Source of the DNA: a virus | Taxonomy: Duplodnaviria; Caudoviricetes | DNA length: 55,460 bases | Direction: 5' to 3' (one strand) | Virus record (IMG/VR): IMGVR_UViG_3300034149_000152 | Coordinates: 1 to 55,460 of that record | Part shown: piece by piece, positions 1 to 9,024 of the stretch | Numbering within the stretch: the first letter of the stretch is position 1 | Layout: every line of letters starts with the position of its first letter | Notes under the pieces: generated by a model | What the model saw: the letters and a program-made list of their open reading frames with translations, nothing else | Told to the model about the DNA's origin: nothing | Database searches by the model: none | Made by a program: the position numbers and the translations under genes

Positions 1-127
1 GGGTGCCGCCGAACTGGCAGCGCAAGACCGACAAGGACCTCGACGGCTTCAGAAATCAATTTCTCTACAACCCGGGCAATCGGATATTCGCCACCGAACG
101 CGAGCAGATCATCAACTGGCAGTTCGC
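1..127. repeat. Terminal direct repeat (copy 1), circular-assembly overlap
   Basis: Bases 1-127 are identical to 55334-55460. A length of 127 nt matches a common assembler k-mer, so this is most likely a circularisation overlap. Confidence 0.97.
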
Positions 128-1526
128 CGATCTGTCCGCCGTGGCGCCGTTCCGCTATCACAGCGTCCGGTCGCTGGGATTCCTACTGTATTCCGTCTGC
201 CACCTGCAAAACAGGATGCGCTGCAAGTTCAACGAGGCCGTGTTTGAGCAGATGATGATTTATTTCCGGGTCAAGAGCATGGAGGACGCCCAGCGTTCGT
301 TGAAGGTGGACCTGTTCGACCGCGCGTTCATAGACGATACGATTGACTTCATCAAGCCGCAGGACCGCTATCAGGTAAACGCGCAGCTTGTTGAACTTGG
401 ACTGGGTGAGAACCGGAACATCATCGGTCAGAATTCAGCTTCTTACACCGCACAACCTCAGAACGGCCAGCGCAACAACGTCGAGAAAACCAAGTTCGAG
501 GTCATGGCCGAAGTCCAGTCCATGACCAGCCTTGTCTCCGCCGGATTGCAACAGGCGTATTTCTATCAGCAACCCGAATATCGGGAAACCTTCCGCCGCT
601 TCACCATCAAGGATTCCCGGGACCCCGAAGTTAGAACCTTCCAAGCCAACTGTCTCAAGGCCGGGGTCCCGGGACGAATTCTTTACAACCCGGAATGCTG
701 GGAACTGGAGCCCGACCGAGTTATGGGCGCGGGCAACAAGACTTTGGAGATGGCTATTGCCCAGCAGTTGATGCAATTCCGGACGCTTTACGATCCCGAG
801 GCCCAACGCCAGATTCTGCACGATGTCACGCTGGCCATTACCGACGATCCCGCCCGCGCGGACGATCTGGTGCCGGATTCGGTGGCCAAGGTGACGGACT
901 CCGTTCACGACGCCCAGCTTGCGGCTGGAACGCTGATGCAGGGCTTGCCGGTCGCAGTCAAGAGCGGCATGAACCACGTCGAGTATGTGGAAACACTCAT
1001 CGGGACGCTGATGCAAATCATCCAGCAGGGCGCTACTTCTATGGAGCGCGTAATGGGGATGCAAAACATCGCCCAGAACATCGCCCAACATATTGCCGTC
1101 ATCGCTCAGAACCCGGAGGAGAAGCAGAGGGTGGCGAAATACAACCAGCAAATGGCGAAGTTGATGAATCTGGTCAAAGCGATGGCGCAGAAACTTGAGG
1201 AACAGCAGAAGGCCCAAGGCGGCCAGGAGAACGGCGAATCCCAGGCCAAGATTCAGACGATGATGATGGAAGCCAAGGTCAAGGCGGACAACACATCGCA
1301 GGCTCACGCCCAGCGCACCGCGCAACGCCAGATCCAGTTCGAGATGGAGGAGAAACAGAAACAGCAGAAGTTCGGGATGGAAATGCGCCGCTATCAGATC
1401 GAGACAGACCACGAAATGAAGATGGGCGCCGCCGAAACCGCCCACGACATGCGCCTAAAGTCATTCGAGGCTGCCAACGACGCCAAGATCGAACGGGACA
1501 AGCCCGCGTCCAAACCGGAAAAATAA
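1..1526 (+). CDS. Portal protein, C-terminal part
   Basis: In-frame continuation of the 54505 ORF, with a Gln-rich coiled-coil C-terminus like the P22 portal barrel. Confidence 0.75.
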   Translation, partial: VPPNWQRKTDKDLDGFRNQFLYNPGNRIFATEREQIINWQFADLSAVAPFRYHSVRSLGFLLYSVCHLQNRMRCKFNEAVFEQMMIYFRVKSMEDAQRSLKVDLFDRAFIDDTIDFIKPQDRYQVNAQLVELGLGENRNIIGQNSASYTAQPQNGQRNNVEKTKFEVMAEVQSMTSLVSAGLQQAYFYQQPEYRETFRRFTIKDSRDPEVRTFQANCLKAGVPGRILYNPECWELEPDRVMGAGNKTLEMAIAQQLMQFRTLYDPEAQRQILHDVTLAITDDPARADDLVPDSVAKVTDSVHDAQLAAGTLMQGLPVAVKSGMNHVEYVETLIGTLMQIIQQGATSMERVMGMQNIAQNIAQHIAVIAQNPEEKQRVAKYNQQMAKLMNLVKAMAQKLEEQQKAQGGQENGESQAKIQTMMMEAKVKADNTSQAHAQRTAQRQIQFEMEEKQKQQKFGMEMRRYQIETDHEMKMGAAETAHDMRLKSFEAANDAKIERDKPASKPEK

Positions 1527-1543
1527 TGGTGGACTCGGGCTAT

Positions 1544-1578
1544 TTAGCTATGGTAGCAATGTAAGCAAACAAAGCTTA
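1544..1578. promoter_or_regulatory. Tandem operator-like palindromes (TTAGC-N7-GCAAT and TAAGC-N7-GCTTA)
   Basis: Same geometry as TTAGC-N7-GCTAA at 37968 and 50724. Lies in the intergenic region upstream of ORF 1597. Confidence 0.45.
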
Positions 1579-1596
1579 TATTAACACCTGAAGAAT

Positions 1597-1875
1597 ATGA
1601 AAGAAACGGTTGACCGTAGAAACAACCTCCTGTGGAAGGTAGCGGAAGAACTGAATAAGGGACATAAAGCCAGGCTGCTTGAAGCGGCAGCCGCATGGCA
1701 AAAGGGAGGCTCTAAGGCCCTGAAAAAGCTTTTTGAAAGCAGAAAAAAAGCCAGGGACATGAATGAAATAATTTTAACGCGCAATCCAAACAAGATTCTG
1801 GGCTATCTCACGCAGCCCATCACCGATTTGCCAGTAAAACACCCAAACAAGTTGGCGAAAAAGAACGCGCAATGA
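1597..1875 (+). CDS. Hypothetical basic protein
   Basis: 92 aa ORF with ATGA overlap to the next gene. Confidence 0.6.
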   Translation: MKETVDRRNNLLWKVAEELNKGHKARLLEAAAAWQKGGSKALKKLFESRKKARDMNEIILTRNPNKILGYLTQPITDLPVKHPNKLAKKNAQ

Positions 1876-2174
1876 GCGAACCGATCATCGTAAATCCAAC
1901 GCCCCGCCAGTCATTCCAGTCGTCGCCGGCCTTCGTAAAAGAGCATCGTGAATTGATGCAAAATCAGACATTGGTGAGGTCTGTACAATTCGCCTTGGCC
2001 CACTTTCACCGCAAGTTGTCGGATTCCCGGCCTCCGGACGGCACATCCGCCGCGATGACCTTCTTCAAGCTGCAAGGCGCCCACGAATTTCTGGACACCC
2101 TGATAAAGCTGGGCGAGCCGGATTCGGTTCAGACACAGCCCGTGGATAAAGGCCAGTTGAATTACAAGGTATGA
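1872..2174 (+). CDS. Hypothetical protein (head module)
   Basis: 100 aa, coupled by overlaps at both ends, between portal and scaffold. Confidence 0.7.
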   Translation: MSEPIIVNPTPRQSFQSSPAFVKEHRELMQNQTLVRSVQFALAHFHRKLSDSRPPDGTSAAMTFFKLQGAHEFLDTLIKLGEPDSVQTQPVDKGQLNYKV

Positions 2175-2518
2175 ATCCCAGAATTCCACTCAAAAGTGCC
2201 TTGGCCTATCCGGCTTCGTTGTGGAATTCCTTATGTTGCCGTGTTTCCGTGGGATACCTTTTGTTGCTCATCGGATTCCTAAAGCAAAGGAATCTTCAAC
2301 TTGCCAGAATAAACCAGGAACTTTCACTCAGGAAGTTTCATCTTGAGTGTGCGATTGGAAGGCTTGAGTCAGGGGAAAAACCTTCATTCACCATAAAGCA
2401 CAACGGACTTCCGATAACGATTGAGGAATTGAACCGTCAGCTTATCTTGAATCCTGTGAATCGTGTAACTGTGAAAGACGGGTTGGAAATTAACATAAAT
2501 CCTGAATATGAGCGTTGA
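2171..2518 (+). CDS. Hypothetical protein
   Basis: 115 aa, AT-richer ORF that fills the gap with overlaps at both ends. Confidence 0.5.
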   Translation: MNPRIPLKSALAYPASLWNSLCCRVSVGYLLLLIGFLKQRNLQLARINQELSLRKFHLECAIGRLESGEKPSFTIKHNGLPITIEELNRQLILNPVNRVTVKDGLEININPEYER

Positions 2519-3863
2519 AGCCCCCGTAGCCCCGGCACCAAAACCCGCGTCGGTTGGCAGCGCGTTTCCACCGTCAACTGGCGAGATCAAAGTATCCGCC
2601 ATGGCGCCACCAGCCTCCAAGCCGGTGACGCCGGAGACCCCGGCGCCTAAGCCGACTCCATTGGGCCAGCCTTTGATTGACGACGGCAAGACGCCGATGG
2701 GCAAGACTCGTCAGGAAAAGCTGATGGAGGACTTGCGGGCCAAGTCCAAGCTTACCATGACGCCGGACGAACGGGACAAACCACCCGAGGCGCCAGCCAA
2801 GCCCGGTGAAAAGCCTGCCGTGACCGCTGAAGGCGAGGAAGGCACTCCGGCCAAGACTCCAGAGGTCGATCCCGTCAAAGCCGCCGCCAAGATCGAGGAG
2901 GCCATTGATAAGAAAAAGACAAACCCATGGAAGGTCATAGACGAGCATAAGAAAGCCCGGGCACAGTTGGAGGCCGAGAATGCCGATCTCCGGAAACAAA
3001 TCACCGACCCGGAGGCGCGCAAAAAGGAATACGAACGCCTTTCCGGTGTCGAGAAGCGAAATCAAGAACTGGAGGAGCAAATCCGGTTTGTGGATTACAA
3101 AGAGTCCAAGGAATTTCAGGAGAAGTATCAGGTCCCTTACGAGCAGGCGTGGACTCGCGCCATGTCCGAGCTTAAGGAATTGACCATTGAGGACCCGGAT
3201 GGAAACGCCCGCCAGATGGCGCCTCAGGACCTATTGGAACTGGTGAATATGCCGCTCAAGCAGGCCCGGGAACGCGCTGACGAATTATACGGCGCATCCG
3301 CCAACGAAGTGATGGCTTACCGAAAGGAAATCCGTGGGCTTTACGAGAACCAGACCATCGCGCTGGACAAAGCCAAAAAGGACGGCTCCGAGAAGTTCAC
3401 CCGGGACCAGGAACAGCGTCAGGTTCAGATGAAGTCCGTTCAGGAGGAGACTGGGAAATACTGGGAGGAATACAACAAGGCCATCCTGGAAAACGAAGTC
3501 ACCGGTAAATACTTCAAGCCCGTGGATGGAAATGAGGAGATCAACAACCGATTGGAGGCCGGATTCAAGTTCGTGGACGAAACCATGGCGATCAATCCCC
3601 TTAATCCCAAGCTCACGCCCGAACAACGCAAGGAAGCCGTGCGCCGTCATGCGTCTCTGCGCTCCCGCGCCGCCGCCTTTGGCCGTCTGCGCCACGAACT
3701 CGAAACCGCCCTCAAAGAGTTGGATGCGTCCAAGAAAAAGCTGGGTGAATTCGAGGAAACCGTTCCCGACTTCGGCGCCGGCGACCCAAATGCCGGAGCA
3801 CCGCTTCCCACCGGAAACCGCATGGGAACCCTCATGCAGGGCTTGAGGAAGATTGCGAAATGA
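2508..3863 (+). CDS. Capsid scaffolding protein (putative)
   Basis: 451 aa with Pro/Ala/Glu-rich N-terminus and long charged coiled coil, immediately upstream of the major capsid gene. Confidence 0.7.
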   Translation: MSVEAPVAPAPKPASVGSAFPPSTGEIKVSAMAPPASKPVTPETPAPKPTPLGQPLIDDGKTPMGKTRQEKLMEDLRAKSKLTMTPDERDKPPEAPAKPGEKPAVTAEGEEGTPAKTPEVDPVKAAAKIEEAIDKKKTNPWKVIDEHKKARAQLEAENADLRKQITDPEARKKEYERLSGVEKRNQELEEQIRFVDYKESKEFQEKYQVPYEQAWTRAMSELKELTIEDPDGNARQMAPQDLLELVNMPLKQARERADELYGASANEVMAYRKEIRGLYENQTIALDKAKKDGSEKFTRDQEQRQVQMKSVQEETGKYWEEYNKAILENEVTGKYFKPVDGNEEINNRLEAGFKFVDETMAINPLNPKLTPEQRKEAVRRHASLRSRAAAFGRLRHELETALKELDASKKKLGEFEETVPDFGAGDPNAGAPLPTGNRMGTLMQGLRKIAK

Positions 3864-3875
3864 AAGCACGATTCG

Positions 3876-4109
3876 ATGACCTTCTACGAAGCAAGATACC
3901 GAAACCGGATGCTGTGGCTGAGGCGAGTGCTAAAAGTAACAATAGCAGCCGTGCCGTGTTTTTGTCTGTGGGAAGGGATACGCCTGCCGTGGTCAATATC
4001 GCTGCCATTATTAGCCCTATGGCTTGCTATTGGGCCTTTTCTAAAATTTGTCGAAACATACCGAGGCGTCGCTACGACACCTAACGACCAATCTCAACGA
4101 CGGCCCTGA
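3876..4109 (+). CDS. Small membrane protein (cassette-like insert)
   Basis: 77 aa with two hydrophobic segments, ending in an attC-like element (...TPNDQSQRRP). Confidence 0.45.
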   Translation: MTFYEARYRNRMLWLRRVLKVTIAAVPCFCLWEGIRLPWSISLPLLALWLAIGPFLKFVETYRGVATTPNDQSQRRP

Positions 4110-4125
4110 CAGCGAGGGTTGAGCG
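4079..4125 (-). repeat. attC-like element
   Basis: Minus strand reads ...GCCGTCGTTGAGATTGGTCGTTAGGT, resembling the right arm (L' box and GTTRRRY) of integron attC sites. Confidence 0.45.
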
Positions 4126-4141
4126 CCAGAAAAGAAACGGT

Positions 4142-4170
4142 TTGACAGACTGTGAGTCCGTGGATTATGT
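4142..4170 (+). promoter_or_regulatory. Sigma70-type promoter for the capsid operon
   Basis: TTGACA-N17-TTATGT upstream of the capsid leader. Confidence 0.5.
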
Positions 4171-4174
4171 GTCC

Positions 4175-4400
4175 TTGCTGCATAAATCCCAGCATCCGAT
4201 GCCCTGACATCTTAATCAGGCGGTAGCGTGCGGGCCGTATAAGCCGCAGGGGCCTGATGGGCCATAGGGACAGCTTGCCTGTTCACATCGAGATAGAGTA
4301 GAGAGTGCCGCAGACCATAGGTTTGGGTGCGACTTTACTAACTGGTGGCAAAATGGATTAAAACCATAGTAGCCATAAAGTCTTGATAATGAAAGGTAAA
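4175..4400 (+). ncRNA. Structured 5' leader or candidate ncRNA upstream of the major capsid gene
   Basis: About 230 nt non-coding, with serial stems: CCTGA/TCAGG, TGCGG/CCGCA, GGCC/GGCC, ACAG/CTGT, AGACC/GGTTT and GACTTTA/TAAAGTC. Confidence 0.35.
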
Positions 4401-4404
4401 CATT

Positions 4405-5865
4405 GTGTCATGCCCTACTGGCCAGATTGTAGCTGCTTGCGATTTTCCCCAGTTTTTCGTCGACCAAACGCCTCGTTTCGACGAGCTAATCATGGAGGAC
4501 ATCCGGCCCACTGATGGCTGGATTCTAAACGTGTCCACTGGAACTACCCCGATGGGGACGCCGGTGGAAATAACCCAGGACCGATTCCGTTCCGTGTGGC
4601 CAAACACCACCAAGGCGTGGAACCGAGTCAGTGCCGCAGGTCCGGGCTGCGATGGCGCTCCTTGCGATCCCACCGAAAATCAAATCGGGTGGGGTGCTGA
4701 CCGGCTCACCTACTACGCGGAGCAACAGGTCTGGGCTACTCCCCTGCTGTGCTACGACCAGGACATGCACATCACCCAGGCCGAGCAGCATGTCGCGCAG
4801 GTCATCAATGAAATCCTTCGTCCGGCGACGATTGCGATTTCGAGCAATTTCCTACGCAAGCGCGCCTTGCTCTGGGCCAAGTACCGGCACATGGCGAACT
4901 CACTGTTGAGTTCATTCAGCTTTCAGTGGAATCCGTCCGCAGCGGGCGCGGGTGATGAAGTGTTCTTCGACACGTCCGCCGCTCCCACCAGCCTGTTTCA
5001 TCTGGTGCCCCAGATGTTGCAGAACAACTTCAACAAAACCATGTTGGAGGGCTACGCTGGAAAGAATCCCTTCAAGGAGACCAGCCCGTTCATCGAACTG
5101 GTTTCCGACATGGACACCGTTTGGTTCCTGGAAAAGTTGGGCGGCCAGCAAGGTGTTGGCGGCGCCAATAACCCGAGCGTGCTTGGGAACTGGCGTTTCG
5201 AGCAGTTCAGTGAAGCCAGCAAATACTGGCGCTATGGGTTCTCCGGCCAGATCGGCAACTACATGGCCAGAGTTGACGCGATGGGTCTGCGGTTCAACTT
5301 CGTCAGGGACCTGGGCGCGGCAGCCAACGGTGGAAACGGAAACCGCTACCGCTACCAGATCGTCCTTCCGTTCACCAACGGCACCACGACCGGCGCCGGC
5401 GGAGCAGCCGGCATCGGCAGCGACGTGAATCCGAATTTCGACACGGCGCAATTTGCCATCAGCTTCCAGTGGCACAAAAAGGCCATGGAATTGCTGGTGC
5501 CGGATGCGCGTCCGCTCAATCCGGAGATGCCGTTCAGCCACCGTGATTTCGGCGGCAAATGGCAGTTCCAGATGCACGACCTTGGCGCCGCTGCCAATGG
5601 CAACGTCATCAGCAATGCGTGGGGCAACAAGGGCCGGTTCGCTTCGTGGTTCAAGTACTACGTGCGCCCGTTGCACTACGAATTCGCCCGGATGTACTTC
5701 CACAAGCGCGAGCAATTCTGCATCCCGCAGATCGACGTGTGCTCGGCTTCGCCCGGATACCCGGCCCAGAATTACAACAGCGCGCTGCCCGTCTGCCCGG
5801 CGCCGGATGGCCTGTATGGTTCTGGTGTTCCAACTGGAACTCAGGATGGACCTGTTCCGGAGTAA
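4405..5865 (+). CDS. Major capsid protein (putative)
   Basis: 486 aa, GTG start with AAAGG upstream, strongly GC3-biased codons. Follows the scaffold and precedes a terminator. Confidence 0.75.
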   Translation: MSCPTGQIVAACDFPQFFVDQTPRFDELIMEDIRPTDGWILNVSTGTTPMGTPVEITQDRFRSVWPNTTKAWNRVSAAGPGCDGAPCDPTENQIGWGADRLTYYAEQQVWATPLLCYDQDMHITQAEQHVAQVINEILRPATIAISSNFLRKRALLWAKYRHMANSLLSSFSFQWNPSAAGAGDEVFFDTSAAPTSLFHLVPQMLQNNFNKTMLEGYAGKNPFKETSPFIELVSDMDTVWFLEKLGGQQGVGGANNPSVLGNWRFEQFSEASKYWRYGFSGQIGNYMARVDAMGLRFNFVRDLGAAANGGNGNRYRYQIVLPFTNGTTTGAGGAAGIGSDVNPNFDTAQFAISFQWHKKAMELLVPDARPLNPEMPFSHRDFGGKWQFQMHDLGAAANGNVISNAWGNKGRFASWFKYYVRPLHYEFARMYFHKREQFCIPQIDVCSASPGYPAQNYNSALPVCPAPDGLYGSGVPTGTQDGPVPE

Positions 5866-5888
5866 GGTCCGTTGACATTGTTTGGTGT

Positions 5889-5924
5889 GCCGCCCCGGTC
5901 AGTGAATGGGCCGGGGCGGCTTTT
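5889..5924 (+). terminator. Rho-independent terminator
   Basis: GCCGCCCCGG-loop-CCGGGGCGGC followed by TTTT, just after the capsid stop. Confidence 0.8.
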
Positions 5925-5941
5925 AACCGCGAAAGGACCCA

Positions 5942-6205
5942 ATGCCAGAAGATTATCTTAGTGACGCCCCCGAGGCCGAAGCCGCGCCCGAAGCGAAGGC
6001 GAAATCCGATGTCAAAACCGCCCTGCTGCCAGTGGCCTTCTTTCAAGGCAAAGAGTTGGAGCCGGGGACCGTCTGTAAAATCAAAATCGAATCCGTGGAG
6101 GACGACCAGGCGCAGGTCAGCTATGTGCCGCACGAAGAACGCGAGGAGATGAAGGGTGATCTTGAGGAAGCGCCCGCTGCTGCTCCCGAAGAATACATGG
6201 GGTGA
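5942..6205 (+). CDS. Small acidic hypothetical protein
   Basis: 87 aa, AAAGGA SD upstream. Confidence 0.7.
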   Translation: MPEDYLSDAPEAEAAPEAKAKSDVKTALLPVAFFQGKELEPGTVCKIKIESVEDDQAQVSYVPHEEREEMKGDLEEAPAAAPEEYMG

Positions 6206-6208
6206 TCC

Positions 6209-6787
6209 ATGGCGGCCATAGACATAGGCACGCTGCCGGATGAGGCCAAGTGTTACGCTTGCTTTGCGCCGGAATATGTTCCGGAATTGTCAAAGCTGGC
6301 GTTGCTTTCCAGGATTTCGGATTTGTCCCAAGGCACATCTTGGATTACCAGCTTCACTGGAAACACCACCCGAAACAATTTCACCGGAGTGGTGGGCGGC
6401 ACATTAACGGTTGCAGCGGCGCCAATAACCGTCTCCCACCTTGGATGCCATATTGTGGCCGGGGGAACCAAAATTCATACCCTTAGACTTCACACTACGG
6501 CTTGCGTTGTGGTCGCCTCTGGCACCATTGATTTCACGGGTTTATCCGGATTCAATTACGTCGCCGTTACGCCGGCAATTTTATCAGCCGCCACCGCTTA
6601 TTGGCTGTCGCTATCCGTTGTTACTGGCGAGGATTTTTGGTGGGAGGATTTGGGATGCGTAATAGTCACCACTCCGGTTGCCACCCTGGGTGCCAGCCGA
6701 TTCGGTCCTGCAATTACCTGCCCATCAAATTCAGGGAATCCTGCTACTGAATGGGCCGGAGTTAATTTCAAATACACCAGTCCTTGA
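6209..6787 (+). CDS. Virion decoration/fibre-like protein with N-terminal CYAC module
   Basis: N-terminus EAKCYACFAPE...KLALLSRIS is shared with the two downstream genes. The C-terminal domain is beta-rich. Confidence 0.6.
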   Translation: MAAIDIGTLPDEAKCYACFAPEYVPELSKLALLSRISDLSQGTSWITSFTGNTTRNNFTGVVGGTLTVAAAPITVSHLGCHIVAGGTKIHTLRLHTTACVVVASGTIDFTGLSGFNYVAVTPAILSAATAYWLSLSVVTGEDFWWEDLGCVIVTTPVATLGASRFGPAITCPSNSGNPATEWAGVNFKYTSP

Positions 6788-6797
6788 GGAATAAATT

Positions 6798-7037
6798 ATG
6801 GCCGCTATATCCACCCAAACTTTACTGTCCGAGGTCCAATGCTATGCCTGCTACGGATCATCCATAACCACTCTGCTGAAGCTGGCATTGCTGCGCCGAA
6901 TCCTATTGGCCGCCGTGCCATCGGCTGATGTGTCAGCCTCCGCGCTGATCGCCTACGCCAAGTGCTACGCCTGCTATGGCTCTTCGGTGATGGACCTTAT
7001 CGAACTGGCGTTGCTGGACCAGATCGCCCAATCGTAA
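6798..7037 (+). CDS. Small protein made of two tandem CYAC modules
   Basis: GAGGA SD. Contains QCYACYGSS...LALL and KCYACYGSS...LALL. Confidence 0.75.
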   Translation: MAAISTQTLLSEVQCYACYGSSITTLLKLALLRRILLAAVPSADVSASALIAYAKCYACYGSSVMDLIELALLDQIAQS

Positions 7038-7810
7038 TGAGCGCCCTAGCGATTCCAACCTTGTTGGAGGAGTCGAAATGCTATGCCTGTTTCGCTCCCG
7101 AAGATGTGCCGTCGCTGGCCAAGCTGTCGCTGTTGACCCGCATATCCCAGTTAAGCCGGGACATAGAATTTTCGCTGCTGGGAACTTCTCTGGCCAATGC
7201 GTTCTCAGGCACCGTTCAGGTCATGGTGGCTCCGGAACCAAATTGCCTGCTGCTATTTTTCTTCTGCGGCAGTCAGGAATTAGAGACTCCAACAGTTACG
7301 GTAGCGGGATTGGGGCTGACATGGGTACTGGTTCAGCAAGGAAACGACATCGGTGGCATTCCATCCATTCAGGCGGTTTACCGGGCCATGGCCACTACGC
7401 CAGTTGCCCCCGGTTTGGTGGCGGCAACATTCACCAATCCTTTCGCGGCTGATGAAGTCATTTGCTCACTGGTTCAGTTCAAAAATGTTGATACATCAGG
7501 AACCAATGGCAGCGGTGCGGTGGTTCAATCGGCTCAGGCAACCGGAGCCTCTGGAAATGCAAATGTGGCGCTGGCTGCCATCACTCCAACCGGGAAAAAC
7601 GCCACGGTTGAATTCTCCACGAATACAATGCTTCCGTATGACGGAACCGCCGAGGCTGGTTGGACGGAGGATTTTGACAGTGGTTGTGTCAATGTGAATA
7701 TAGACGGGATGTTCGTGGGCCACAAACTGTTGAGTCTGGACAACACTTGTTCGATAACCTCAGCAGTCACAAACTGGTGGATTGCCGGCCTTGAAATCAA
7801 AGCCCAATGA
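7037..7810 (+). CDS. Virion decoration/fibre-like protein with N-terminal CYAC module
   Basis: TAATG coupling at 7035-7039. MSALAIPTLLEESKCYACFAPE... followed by a beta-rich domain. Confidence 0.65.
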   Translation: MSALAIPTLLEESKCYACFAPEDVPSLAKLSLLTRISQLSRDIEFSLLGTSLANAFSGTVQVMVAPEPNCLLLFFFCGSQELETPTVTVAGLGLTWVLVQQGNDIGGIPSIQAVYRAMATTPVAPGLVAATFTNPFAADEVICSLVQFKNVDTSGTNGSGAVVQSAQATGASGNANVALAAITPTGKNATVEFSTNTMLPYDGTAEAGWTEDFDSGCVNVNIDGMFVGHKLLSLDNTCSITSAVTNWWIAGLEIKAQ

Positions 7811-8409
7811 AAATCATTGCCGCCATCGTGATCCTGCTATCGCTGTGCGTCATGGGCCAGCCGTTGCTTTCGCCGCGAGCGGCTTCGGTCATGTCATCAG
7901 CCCCACTGCCCGTTGGCGGATTGTCGGCGGCGGCAACCCCATTCGGTATTTCGGCTTCGGTGCCAAGACCATCGTTGGGCCGCGTGACGCTGCAATGGAA
8001 TCCAAGTCCATCGGCGGATGTGGTTGCACATGTGATTTACTTCGGAACTTCACCCGGAGCCTACTTCAATTCGGTGTCGGTGAATCTGCCATCAACCACA
8101 ACCACCATTTCCGGACTGCTGGAAGGCGTGAAGTATTACTTCTCCTGCACGGCGGTTGACGCCTCGTCATTGGAGAGCGACTTTTCCAATGAAATATCGG
8201 CCTACACATCGGCCCGGACCACCATACGATCCGAACGCATGGCGATTGAATCCGCCGGTGTTCTGGGCAAGACCAACGATATTTTTATGACCACAAATCC
8301 GGCGTCCAACTGGACCAAAGTGATGACTTTCACTGGCAACGGAGTGCCGGTTGTGTATCTTCACACCAACAACAGTGTTGGCGCCTATTTCAAGGTGATT
8401 CCGAGATGA
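7807..8409 (+). CDS. Secreted fibronectin type III domain protein
   Basis: Signal peptide, then FN3 motifs VTLQWNPS...YFGTSPGAY...ISGLLEGVKYYFSCTAVD...ESDFSNEIS. Confidence 0.75.
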   Translation: MKIIAAIVILLSLCVMGQPLLSPRAASVMSSAPLPVGGLSAAATPFGISASVPRPSLGRVTLQWNPSPSADVVAHVIYFGTSPGAYFNSVSVNLPSTTTTISGLLEGVKYYFSCTAVDASSLESDFSNEISAYTSARTTIRSERMAIESAGVLGKTNDIFMTTNPASNWTKVMTFTGNGVPVVYLHTNNSVGAYFKVIPR

Positions 8410-8603
8410 AGGCTGAGAACATGACAACTGCAACGGTAGGGGTGACGGGATTTCTAGCGACCCTTTCGCTGATAAAATACAGCGAGATCGCCGCCGCAAT
8501 CACGGGTACCTTTACCGCCCTGTGGATGATGTTCAAGTGCTTCGACTGGATTGAGGCCAGGATTCTGGCCAGCAAACAACGAACAAAAGAAAAAACCAAA
8601 TGA
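8406..8603 (+). CDS. Holin-like small membrane protein
   Basis: 65 aa with 1-2 transmembrane segments and a basic C-terminus. Confidence 0.45.
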   Translation: MKAENMTTATVGVTGFLATLSLIKYSEIAAAITGTFTALWMMFKCFDWIEARILASKQRTKEKTK

Positions 8604-9022
8604 AACTGAAATACATCATCCTATCCATAGCGGCCACTGTGCTGCTTATCACCGCCTGCACCACGGCTCAATACACCCGTAACCCGGACGGCACCACGTC
8701 CACCAGTTACGCGGTTGATCCCAAGCTTACGGCTGGACTGGCAACGGCTGGGGCAGTGAACTCGGTGACGGCCGCCGTAAATCCATATTCACCGGCGGTT
8801 GAAATCGGTCTGACAACCATTACGGCGCTCGCCGCTTGGGTCGCCAAGCGCAAGACTGACAAGGCGAATCAACAAAGTCTGCTGCTCAAAACCGTGATTC
8901 AGGGAGTGGAAAATGGAGCCGATTCCAAGGTGAAGGCAGCCATTCAAGCCCAGGCCACAGCCGTTGGCGTTGAGGGTGAACTTGGGACCACTGTGCAAAA
9001 GATCAATTCGGGTATCCTGTAA
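8600..9022 (+). CDS. Lipoprotein (possible spanin-like lysis protein)
   Basis: Lipobox LLITA-C plus a second hydrophobic segment. Confidence 0.5.
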   Translation: MKLKYIILSIAATVLLITACTTAQYTRNPDGTTSTSYAVDPKLTAGLATAGAVNSVTAAVNPYSPAVEIGLTTITALAAWVAKRKTDKANQQSLLLKTVIQGVENGADSKVKAAIQAQATAVGVEGELGTTVQKINSGIL

Positions 9023-9024
9023 TT

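Noticed and set aside
1-127. Biological terminal repeat of the virion DNA
   Set aside because: It falls mid-gene and its 127-nt length matches an assembler k-mer, so it is treated as an assembly overlap.
435-1445. 336-aa minus-strand ORF, and similar long antisense ORFs at 4912-5715, 22611-23360, 44342-45103 and 46427-47186
   Set aside because: These are antisense shadows of GC3-biased genes, with no motifs or start signals.
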